Below, one piece after another: positions 49,496 through 58,017 of a DNA stretch of 64,000 nt. The stretch comes from a virus. Taxonomy: Duplodnaviria; Caudoviricetes. The stretch spans positions 64,001 to 128,000 of the IMG/VR virus record IMGVR_UViG_3300014205_000175. The stretch is one strand, 5' to 3'. Every line of letters starts with the position of its first letter. Position 1 is the first letter of the stretch. The translations under genes were made by a program, and so were the position numbers. A model generated the notes under the pieces. The model saw only the letters and a program-made list of their open reading frames with translations, ran no database searches and was not told the DNA's origin.

Positions 49496-49534
49496 CATAT
49501 ATATTACATGGAGATACCGCACTCACGCGATATC
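49496..49534 (+). promoter_or_regulatory. Early-promoter-like motif plus leader hairpin (loop ACTCAC)
   Basis: CATATATATTACATG then GATA(C)CGC-ACTCAC-GCG(A)TATC. Confidence 0.7.
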
Positions 49535-49558
49535 ATTTTTATTACGGGGTTAGAACAA

Positions 49559-49942
49559 ATGGGCAAGCTTTTGATAGTCAGGGGTATTCCTGGTTCGGGC
49601 AAATCGACCATCGGGCAACAACTCGAAAAAGATGAAGGCTACATGCACGTCGAAGCGGATATGTACTTTCAACGTCCCTCGGGTGAATACGCCTTTAATC
49701 CCAACAAGATCAAAGATGCGCACGAGTGGTGTCAAGCTACGGTACGCCAAGCGATGTGCGATGGCATGAAGGTGGTTGTAACCAACACCTTCACGCGCAC
49801 CTGGGAATATGCCCCGTATCTGCAAATGGCTGAAGCCTACGGATATGAGAGTGACATCATCGTTGCTAATGGTCGCTACCAGAATGTGCACGATGTGCCT
49901 GAAGCCCAGGTGCAACGCATGCTAGAGAGATTTGAGTCTTAA
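49559..49942 (+). CDS. P-loop kinase (AAA_33 / polynucleotide-kinase-like)
   Basis: LLIVRGIPGSGKST Walker A, EADMYF, VVVTNTF, NVHDVP; likely start at 49559. Confidence 0.8.
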   Translation: MGKLLIVRGIPGSGKSTIGQQLEKDEGYMHVEADMYFQRPSGEYAFNPNKIKDAHEWCQATVRQAMCDGMKVVVTNTFTRTWEYAPYLQMAEAYGYESDIIVANGRYQNVHDVPEAQVQRMLERFES

Positions 49943-49961
49943 CATCTAATGGAGGTTTATC

Positions 49962-50204
49962 ATGGCTGCAGTGTTTAGCGGTGTTTTGACGCTCAACAAA
50001 GCTTGTGAGATTCTGGAGTCTCATGGTATTTTGGCATTGGAGCGCTTTAGCTCCTTGAAAGATACCATCGAGATATTGAAGGAATCCGAACAAAACGGTA
50101 GAGCTTTCAGGATTCAACTGAACATTAACGCTACGAAAATCTCCGTTAATGTGCTGACTGGGCGGCATAATCCGCCATTCATGTCGTACGTCTGTCATCG
50201 TTAG
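49962..50204 (+). CDS. Small hypothetical protein
   Basis: 80 aa, GGAGG RBS. Confidence 0.6.
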   Translation: MAAVFSGVLTLNKACEILESHGILALERFSSLKDTIEILKESEQNGRAFRIQLNINATKISVNVLTGRHNPPFMSYVCHR

Positions 50205-50238
50205 GTCTTTTCTAAATCTAGGTAAAAAGGATACACGG

Positions 50239-50772
50239 ATGCACAAGCTCGGCAGTTTTTCGAAAAAAATCAACGGAGGATATTTTTGTCCGCACGGTGA
50301 GTTCGTCCTAGTACCCACTGGTATTTGCCGCTTTAATCGTCGACGCATCGCGCGTTCGGGTGGTTGGCAGATTGCTGTCAGTGTTGATGGCATTACCACT
50401 AAAGCACTTGTGAGTGATAATAACCACAACGGCGACTATCGTGCATCGCTGGATGCAGCAGTACTAGTGCTACGTAAACTCAAAAAGACACCGATACTTA
50501 CTTCTAAACACTATGTTAAAACTCAAGAGTCGAGAAGTAAGCGCGTTGTCACAGGTGTGCCTGGTGTTTGCGTGGTGAAGTTTCTCGGTTCTAATGGTAA
50601 GTTGTATTACCGCTTTAATATCAGCATCGGTCGTGGTGTGCATACTTCGGTAGGTATCGGACCAGAAGCCAAGTACGAGCAGTGTTTCGATGCTGCTTTG
50701 GCTAAAGCCAAACAGGTTCGTGAAAAGCTGGTGGAGCAGCATCGTACGGAAAATAGCTTCACCGCAGTGTGA
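50239..50772 (+). CDS. Putative AP2-like DNA-binding protein, paralogue 5
   Basis: FSKKINGGYFCPHGEFVLVPTGI, GGWQI, DYRASL, TGVPGV, FDAALAKAK shared with the 2919-5358 array. Confidence 0.6.
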   Translation: MHKLGSFSKKINGGYFCPHGEFVLVPTGICRFNRRRIARSGGWQIAVSVDGITTKALVSDNNHNGDYRASLDAAVLVLRKLKKTPILTSKHYVKTQESRSKRVVTGVPGVCVVKFLGSNGKLYYRFNISIGRGVHTSVGIGPEAKYEQCFDAALAKAKQVREKLVEQHRTENSFTAV

Positions 50773-50857
50773 AAAACTTACACATCTGAATGATCTCATG
50801 GACGGAGCCAGTGTCGGTTCCGTCCAGAGTTAATATCCCGCATAGGAAAAATAAGTT

Positions 50858-51730
50858 ATGGGTGTTTACGTTCTGTATCATGCTAGCTGTATCGACGGCA
50901 CCGGTTCACGCTACGCCGCATGGAAAAGATTCGGTGATCAGGTCCGATACATCGCAGTTCAGTATGGCTCCGAGTTTCCTAATATTCCTCTTAACGCGGA
51001 GACGGAGCTCTACATCCTCGATTTCTCCTATAGTCGGAAAATCTTGGAGGGTATCCAACCGCAAGTAGGCAAACTCGTGGTGCTTGATCATCATAAGACC
51101 GCGGAAGAAGATCTCAAGGGGTTGCCGTATGCGACCTTTGATATGGCGAAGTCTGGCGCAGTGCTAAGCTGGGAGTATTTCAATCCTGGTGTCAAAGTAC
51201 CGCAATTACTACGCATTGTTGAAGATGCCGATCTGTGGGCTTATAAGTACCCAGAAACTCGTGCGATGAAGGAGTATTTGGATACCACTGGGTTGTTATC
51301 CGATATGGCGTACTGGGATCGGCTCGCTAACGATCAGGTAAGTTTTGATAAAGCGCTCGAAGCCGGCCAGGTGCTCTTTAGCGCCAAAATTAAACGCATT
51401 AAGAAGTTCGTGCGTAGCAAACAACCCAAGTACTTCATTCGCACCATCCAAGGCCGGCGGGTAGCAATCTATAATACCACTGTCGATATTTCCGATATCG
51501 CTGAAGCACTTTACAACGACAAAAACCTGCAACTTGATTTTACTCTAAGTTACTTCTTCACTGCCAAGCTTGATCTTGTAATGAGCTTCCGTTCTAACCG
51601 TATGACTGACACGGATGTGAGCACTATCGCTCGTTTATATGGAGGAGGAGGACATCGAAATGCTGCAGGGGCATCTGTACCGTATCCAAGAAGTCTGGAA
51701 GTTTTGAAGTCGTTAGCGGAAATCGGTTAA
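50858..51730 (+). CDS. DHH/DHHA1 phosphoesterase (NrnB/oligoribonuclease-like)
   Basis: YHASCIDG, ILDFS, VLDHHKT, SFRS and GGGHRNAAG motifs. Confidence 0.85.
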   Translation: MGVYVLYHASCIDGTGSRYAAWKRFGDQVRYIAVQYGSEFPNIPLNAETELYILDFSYSRKILEGIQPQVGKLVVLDHHKTAEEDLKGLPYATFDMAKSGAVLSWEYFNPGVKVPQLLRIVEDADLWAYKYPETRAMKEYLDTTGLLSDMAYWDRLANDQVSFDKALEAGQVLFSAKIKRIKKFVRSKQPKYFIRTIQGRRVAIYNTTVDISDIAEALYNDKNLQLDFTLSYFFTAKLDLVMSFRSNRMTDTDVSTIARLYGGGGHRNAAGASVPYPRSLEVLKSLAEIG

Positions 51731-51934
51731 AAAAATACCGAATCCCCCTTAATCAATTGGACAAATACACATCAGACTTAGGTAACCCTAGGTCTAAAGA
51801 TCGAGCGCAGTTTTACGGCTCGGCTCGGTCTGCGGATAGTGTTGTTTGATTGAAACATAACCCCACATTTAGTACTCGGAATAGAACGACATCTAATCCG
51901 AATAATCTTTCTCTCACGCAAGGAGTAATAAAAA

Positions 51935-53767
51935 ATGGCTATCACCAGCAACGTCAACATGGGCACGACCAACCAACAAAGCGCCAAGCAATCTTCCAGT
52001 GGTAATGCTCCCCGTGTCGGGTTCATCGCTGGTTCGATGTTCGGTGCTCCCATCGGTCGTGGCATCGGCTCGGAATACCTCAACAAGATCTCGGAGAATC
52101 TCGGCGAGATCTATAAGACCGCCAGTGCGGAGTTTCAGATCGATCTGATCGTGCTCGATAAGGCTAACGAGCTCTCGCTCGCCTTCTCAGCGATCGCGGT
52201 CTGCACCCGCACCAACAACGTCAATGTCGTGGGTGTGCATGTGCTGCTCGTCGAAGGCACGGGCGAAGCGCTCAAATCGGCCTACGAGAGCTTTAACAAC
52301 CAACAAGTCGAGATCACCCGCGTCACCTCCGACGCGTTCGACCAAGTGCTCGTCAACCTCGTCAACGAGCGAGTGGGCAAAGCGTTCCCGAATACGCAGA
52401 TCCTGATCGTCGATGGCTGCGTAGTGCCCGAAGAGTTCCAGCCGGACAACAAGCTGCATATGCGCATGCTCGCGCAAAACGCAGCCATGGCTGGTGGTAC
52501 TGAAGTCGATCTGCGTGCACCGGGCTTCTCGGATATCAACATTTCGGAAGATGGTCGTGGTACCAACCTGATCGTCGAGATCGGCTTCGAGCATAAGCAA
52601 CTCGATGACGCAGTGGGTATGCCGATGCGCTCGGACGTGATGATCCAGTTCCGCAGCCATCGTCCGGGTCAAGGAGCGAACCAGTCGGTCAACTCCAACG
52701 ACCGCGATATGAGCATCTCGGAGCTCTCCGGTTTCATCGACATGCTGTATGCGCCGGTGCAACCGCAGGTCAACAATCCGTGGGCACCGCAGATGCCGGG
52801 GGTGACGCAGAAGTTCGCGTCACGTTTCGTTATCACCAACCTGGCTACGACGATTGGCTACACGCCGGGCATGGTGCTGCTGTCGCTCGCAAGTGCACTG
52901 ACGCTCAACAACGACGGCAACTGGATTCAGAGCTTCCGTCCAATGGGTGCTGCAGGTGGGGCGAAGAACATCGATATCTATGATGTGGGTGCGCTGAATA
53001 TCGAGGGTAACCTCGAAAATAGCCCGACGGGTTTCGGTCAAGCACCGGACACCAAGTCGCGGGACTTCTCGCTGGAAGATCTCGGGACGTTCGTTAGCAG
53101 CCTTGTGCGTCCGGGCATCATGATCAGTATCGATGTACCTGACTGCGGCCCGCAGACCTGGTACACCAGCGTGTTCCGTGATGGTTCCAATGGTTCGCAA
53201 GCAGCGGTCGATCGCATCTATGACGCAGCCATGCAGCTGACCAATGGCAACTTCAGCAAGCACTTCGCACCAGGCATCCCGATGTTCGAAGACCAGTTCA
53301 ACCGCGTGCATCTGGGTTACTGGACGGATCAGCATGGCGCCCGCCGTGACATCCGCGACATCGATTATCTGGCAGCCGCCAACCTGATGGGCCGCAATAG
53401 CCCTGAGTATCTGCGCGACTGGAGCGATACGTTCCTGCGTGTGCAGTATCCGCTGCCGATGCGTCTGGCAGGACGCAAGAAGATGATCGAGAACCTGACG
53501 AACATGACTGCTGTGTTCAAGGGTTTTGCGACACGTGTGACGTTCAGCGCGCCGTTCCTGATGGCGCTCGCCCGTGCTTGCACTGAAGCTGGTCTGATGC
53601 CGCAGGTTAAAACGCCGCTCTCCGCACTGGACTTCAACACCCAGCGTGGCGTGGCAGGCTTCGTCAACACCGCACTGATGGCTCCGGGACACAACTTCGG
53701 CGTCACCGGTTTCGGTAACTACAACCCGGCCGCTTACGGTAACCCCAACATGTACCACCGTTGGTAA
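51935..53767 (+). CDS. chmA: Chimallin, major phage nuclear shell protein
   Basis: 610 aa, strong AAGGAG RBS, highly biased codons, GYWTD..G.RRDIRDIDYLA motif, G/N/Y-rich tail; immediately upstream of the nvRNAP beta'-N gene as in phiKZ (gp54-gp55). Confidence 0.85.
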   Translation: MAITSNVNMGTTNQQSAKQSSSGNAPRVGFIAGSMFGAPIGRGIGSEYLNKISENLGEIYKTASAEFQIDLIVLDKANELSLAFSAIAVCTRTNNVNVVGVHVLLVEGTGEALKSAYESFNNQQVEITRVTSDAFDQVLVNLVNERVGKAFPNTQILIVDGCVVPEEFQPDNKLHMRMLAQNAAMAGGTEVDLRAPGFSDINISEDGRGTNLIVEIGFEHKQLDDAVGMPMRSDVMIQFRSHRPGQGANQSVNSNDRDMSISELSGFIDMLYAPVQPQVNNPWAPQMPGVTQKFASRFVITNLATTIGYTPGMVLLSLASALTLNNDGNWIQSFRPMGAAGGAKNIDIYDVGALNIEGNLENSPTGFGQAPDTKSRDFSLEDLGTFVSSLVRPGIMISIDVPDCGPQTWYTSVFRDGSNGSQAAVDRIYDAAMQLTNGNFSKHFAPGIPMFEDQFNRVHLGYWTDQHGARRDIRDIDYLAAANLMGRNSPEYLRDWSDTFLRVQYPLPMRLAGRKKMIENLTNMTAVFKGFATRVTFSAPFLMALARACTEAGLMPQVKTPLSALDFNTQRGVAGFVNTALMAPGHNFGVTGFGNYNPAAYGNPNMYHRW

Positions 53768-53788
53768 GCAGTATGTTTAAGTAACACT

Positions 53789-53827
53789 GCATCCACCCGG
53801 CCCTCATAGCCGGGTGGATGTTTTTTT
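53789..53827 (+). terminator. Intrinsic terminator after chmA
   Basis: CATCCACCCGGC-...-GCCGGGTGGATG followed by T7. Confidence 0.8.
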
Positions 53828-53898
53828 GTTTCGCTGGTGTAAAACATCCACCCGACACATATCTGCTGGGTTTAGAACGAGCCAAGGAGCGACACCAT

Positions 53899-56145
53899 AT
53901 GCCCATATATCAACAGTTGGTGAATTTCACTGAGATGTTCCATCAGCTACGGGAACCACCGATCATTATCAACGATCTGCCTAATTCTACCGAGGAGGAG
54001 CGTGACTACATCACGCAGCTCATCACTACCCATTACAACAGCGACATGTTGTCGATTCTGCCTTCGTGTCGCTGTGGTAAAACCAAAGGCGAGTATGAGA
54101 TTGGGTCATTGTGCGCATACTGCAAGACCCCAGTTAAGTCACATATCTCGGAGGATATCGAACCACTCGTATGGTTCCGTCGTCCGATCGGTGTGGCGCC
54201 GCTGATCAACCCACATATCTACATCATGCTGCGCAATCGGTTTCGTAGGTCAGGTTTTGAAGTACTAGACTGGCTCACTGACACCACCTTCAGCACGAAC
54301 AGCAAACAACCTGCGGTACTCAAAACTATCCTCAACGCAGGCGTGCAACGCGGTTACAACAATTTCATAAACAACTTCGATTTCATCATGGGTGTGATGT
54401 TTTCGATCAAAGACTATAAGTTGAAAAAGGGTAAACGCGATTATCTCAGAGAACTCATCGCTCTTAACCGCGGGCAGCTATTCTCGGATTATATCCCGCT
54501 ACCGAATAAATCGCTGCTGGTGATCGAGAACAACAACCTCGGACGCTATGCGGATAACTCGATGGTGATGGCGATCGATGTGATACGCATGATCACTTCG
54601 ATCGACCGACGCTTTTCCGAACACAATGTGATCCTGCGCGAGAACCGTACCGCCAAAGCGATCACACGACTGGGAGACTTCTATGAGGCGTTCGTATCGA
54701 AGAACATGTCACCTAAGCCGGGCTTGTTCCGTAAGCACATCTTCGGTAGCCGTTCGCATTTCTCGTTTCGAGCAGTTATCACCAGTCTAACTGACCGCCA
54801 TGCGTACGACGAGATCCATGTGCCGTGGGGGATCGGGGTGACGGTGCTGCGTGACCACCTGCTCGCTAAGATGATGCGTATGGGCTATGCGCTCAATGAT
54901 GCGATAGGTATGCTACATGGTCATGTACATAACTATAACGAGATGCTCGATCAGCTTTTAAAGGAGATCATCGCTGAGAGTCCGGATTCTAGTTTAATCG
55001 CAATTTTGCAACGGAATGAAAAGCAGTAACTGTTGTAATATCTAATACGATACTGCGACTGGTTTACTGGGTTCCCTTCAGCAGAAATGCTGTCGACAAA
55101 ACTTCGTGAACTGCTGGAACACCCTGAAGGCTGCGCCACCACAAGCACCCCGAAAGGAGGTGTTGACGGTTTGACAACGGCGCGGATGAAGCACTGTGAA
55201 GTGCGGAAAGGGGCAACCGTAGGCTCTAAGAGCCTCTTTAGCAGCCAAGCTCCTACAGCTCAATAGCCACGGAGAAGGTTCAACGGCCATCGAAAGCACT
55301 GTCACCGACAGGAAGCAAGTAGAGTAGGACTCCTAGCGGGGTCCGAAGTGCGAAGCACCCGACCGAGTGACGTCGAGGGTGAAGATATGGTCTGCTCCTG
55401 TATGAACAGTACAGGCGGGTGTCTCAGCACACCGGGATGATGTAGCGACTCATCTGGACAGTAAGCCAAGTTTATTGCAAGGCTCGGCACAACGCGTCAG
55501 AATCACGAAGATCAAAACCGACCCTACCGATAACACGATTTCAATGCCTATTGAAATCGTACGCGCCCCCAATGCTGATCAACTTTCAGGTCCGGCTGTG
55601 CAGTAATGCATAGTTGTAATCTCCTTAATTGCTGGAACACCCTTAAGGCTGCGCCACCACTGCGAGTCGAAAGACAAAGCCATGGTTCGATAACGGCGCG
55701 GATGATCCGTACGTAAATGCGGTGAAAGGGGCAACCGTAGGCTCTAAGAGCCTCTGTAGCAGCCGATCTCCTAAGGCCTTAGGGCTATGGAGCGGGTTCA
55801 ACGACTAGCCCTTTAGCAAGGCGTAGGACTCCAAGCGGGGTTCGAAACAGGAGACATCCTTAACGGGATGAAGATATAGTCTGCCCCCGTATGAAAGTAC
55901 GGGCGGGTGTCTGAGCACACCGGGACGAGACAGTAGTATAAGCGACTCGTCTGGACAATGGGTTTGATGGGGACGCTTTGAACGTGATCTTAGCGTTAGA
56001 CAAGAAAATGGGGGATTTGATGCAGCCACTGGAGCCGCACTACAACGTGTTCGAAGCTAACCGTCCGCGGGCGATCTCGAACAACGTCGGATTACCCAAA
56101 CCGGTAGTCGCGACGATTGCGCACTGGTTGTCCAAGGGAGCGTAG
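53899..56145 (+). CDS. Non-virion RNA polymerase beta'-like subunit (phiKZ gp55-like), spliced: join(53899..55017,55466..55579,55963..56145), 471 aa
   Basis: Zn-finger CRC...CAYC, KPGLFRKHIFGSR. Joining the exons gives ILQRN|PSLLQGS...RAPNAD|FDGDALN and restores the NADFDGD catalytic motif. Confidence 0.9.
55018..55465 (+). ncRNA. Group I self-splicing intron 1 (448 nt, no ORF)
   Basis: 5' exon ends in U; GUUCC (55071-75) can pair with exon GGAAU via U.G; P/Q AACTGCTGGAA and AGCAGCC; P7 GGCCAT / ATGGTC within GAAGATATGGTC; terminal G. Confidence 0.88.
55580..55962 (+). ncRNA. Group I self-splicing intron 2 (383 nt, no ORF), inserted in NAD|FDGD
   Basis: 5' exon ends GAU; AATTGCTGGAA, AGCAGCC, R element TTCAACGACTA, S element AAGATATAGTC; terminal G before TTTGATGGGGAC. 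Confidence 0.9.
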
Positions 56146-56169
56146 TAATACCGGGTGTGCCCATGGTAA

Positions 56170-56184
56170 CATATATAGTACATG
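56170..56184 (+). promoter_or_regulatory. Early-promoter-like motif
   Basis: CATATATAGTACATG. Confidence 0.7.
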
Positions 56185-56211
56185 AAGCACACCCGTTGAA
56201 AAGGAGAAAAC

Positions 56212-56835
56212 ATGGTTCAGGTTATTCATGGAGGATCTGACGCTTTCGATATGCTGTTGTATCCGGAACAATCTCCGCTGACCTACCAGTATTTGCAGGA
56301 CAAGATGTCACGGTTTAGTGAGACCCTGACTCAGGCAGGCAGTCGATTCATCGAAGGTTCACGGCAGCTTTTCGAACAGGTACAGAACTCCGATCTCATC
56401 CGGCGCACCAAGGCTGCGATTCGTTCGGCTAAGGCGTATTTTCACCCTAACATGATTCGACCGCTGGAGACGCTCGAAGAGTTGCAGTCGGCTACCTTGG
56501 TGATGCAGCGTTGGGTGATGGCACAACCCGACATACGACGGCTCTATCACCGGCAGTTGGTAGATGGTTATAATGAGACCTACGTCGACATGCATCCGGG
56601 TCAGGTGGGCGTAGAGCACTACGACTATCGTCGTGTCATGAGTGGTGTCGGTGTTGATACGGAAGATGGCGAAGAGTGGCGCGCGACGGTTTATTCTGAT
56701 GATCTCGTCGAAGGTGATCGGGAGCTGGATTTCGGTGAGAAAGTAGATGTGTTGCGTACGTGGGAGATTGTGGCCATGTATGCTAAAGCACGTCGGGAAG
56801 ACCCCACTAATATTTACGGTGGTGATATGGGCTGA
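56212..56835 (+). CDS. Conserved nucleus-block protein (phiKZ gp59/Imp3-like by synteny)
   Basis: 207 aa; MQRWVMAQP, HYDYRRVMSG, EDPT motifs; position after the nvRNAP gene. Confidence 0.55.
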   Translation: MVQVIHGGSDAFDMLLYPEQSPLTYQYLQDKMSRFSETLTQAGSRFIEGSRQLFEQVQNSDLIRRTKAAIRSAKAYFHPNMIRPLETLEELQSATLVMQRWVMAQPDIRRLYHRQLVDGYNETYVDMHPGQVGVEHYDYRRVMSGVGVDTEDGEEWRATVYSDDLVEGDRELDFGEKVDVLRTWEIVAMYAKARREDPTNIYGGDMG

Positions 56836-56968
56836 TGGCTATGGAGTCTCTGGTGCAATGCCAGAGACTCCATGCCTGCCGGTAACTAATTTTTTAGTCG
56901 ATAGTGGTATGTGATAATTTCCTATGAGACGGCCATCTTCTGGTAAATTAGTTTTTTAGGGGGGATGT

Positions 56969-57394
56969 ATGACTATCGTGGTACCGGCTTTATCGGAAGA
57001 TGGTTGGGTGGATTATCCTGCCAAACAGGCCGATTACATCTTTGGCCATTTCTTTTTATCCGATTATTCACAGACTTACCTGTATAAAAATCAAGTCAGT
57101 TCATTTGCACAGGTGATGCAAGAACATCAAGGCGACGTATCTAAAATTGCCCGACAGCTCGAAAGTACGTTGCGTATATATTTTTTACGCTACTTTTCCA
57201 AAGTAGAAGTCGAGTGTGATGCGATCCAAGACCCGGACAACCCTAACAAGTTTATCGTGCGGATATATCTAACCTACACCGGCACCGATGGCATCGAGCA
57301 CAACTTGGGTAAGATGGTCAATGTTCTCAACAGTAAAATCGAATCGGTAATCGCTCTTAGCAACTACGGTACCAACGTACCTAAAGACATTTAA
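56969..57394 (+). CDS. Conserved phiKZ-like protein (possible baseplate wedge gp25-like fold)
   Basis: 141 aa; FFLSDYSQTYLY; size and beta-rich C-terminus; fold is inference. Confidence 0.45.
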   Translation: MTIVVPALSEDGWVDYPAKQADYIFGHFFLSDYSQTYLYKNQVSSFAQVMQEHQGDVSKIARQLESTLRIYFLRYFSKVEVECDAIQDPDNPNKFIVRIYLTYTGTDGIEHNLGKMVNVLNSKIESVIALSNYGTNVPKDI

Positions 57395-57411
57395 ACATAA
57401 AAGGACAAGTC

Positions 57412-58014
57412 ATGAACGCCACCACCAAAGATCTCATTTCCTCAACCCAGCAGCAGTTGCGTGAGCAGGTAGTGCGGGACTCTGAAAATGCGCTAGGAGT
57501 CATCTTTCCGGCACTAGTAGAACAGGTTAATACGGTCGCTGCGAAACTGCCTGAGCATATTTTCGTACAGTATTTTCTACCGTATTTTTCTGGTATTTTG
57601 GATCTGTCGTCGCGACCGCAGATTATGGCTGAATGGATTTCAATCGCCGGTTCACCGATGGCTGAAGTCGCTGTCATTAACACCACCGGTCAAACACTCT
57701 TTTATGTACCCGGTATTTTCGATACGTCATTCATCAACGTCAATCGCAAAAATCGATCGATGTCATTTCCGAGTATTGCTGACCAAACCAATCTTATCTC
57801 CAGCAATCTGCCGGCACTGGGTGAGCGATTTTTGCACGACGCACTGAATAGCAAATTCCACGATATCGCCTCTGGTCCGATTGCTGCTCATGATCACCAG
57901 CAGCGCTGGCTAGAGATTTTTGCTCGCTACGGCGTCGCAGCACCAGCGCTCAATGCCGCGGCGCCTGGTGTGCAGTATGCGGCACCTGTGTCTGACGATG
58001 AAATCTATGATTAA
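57412..58014 (+). CDS. Conserved hypothetical protein
   Basis: 200 aa; FVQYFLPYF, WISIAG, LFYVP, WLEIFARY. Confidence 0.6.
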   Translation: MNATTKDLISSTQQQLREQVVRDSENALGVIFPALVEQVNTVAAKLPEHIFVQYFLPYFSGILDLSSRPQIMAEWISIAGSPMAEVAVINTTGQTLFYVPGIFDTSFINVNRKNRSMSFPSIADQTNLISSNLPALGERFLHDALNSKFHDIASGPIAAHDHQQRWLEIFARYGVAAPALNAAAPGVQYAAPVSDDEIYD

Positions 58015-58017
58015 AAC

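Noticed and set aside
52187-53758. Long antisense ORFs opposite chmA (also opposite the sheath gene at 15579-16325 and others)
   Set aside because: These are the expected by-product of strong codon bias in highly expressed genes; they have no RBS or recognisable motifs.
53818-55029. ORF-track protein ending ...LQRNEKQ read as a truncated or pseudogene RNAP subunit
   Set aside because: The stop lies inside intron 1, and splicing restores a full protein. The 53818 start falls in a terminator; 53899 has the RBS.
55078-56029. Short minus-strand ORFs in the introns as homing endonucleases
   Set aside because: They are 60-75 aa, antisense to the ribozyme core, and lack HNH, GIY-YIG or LAGLIDADG motifs.
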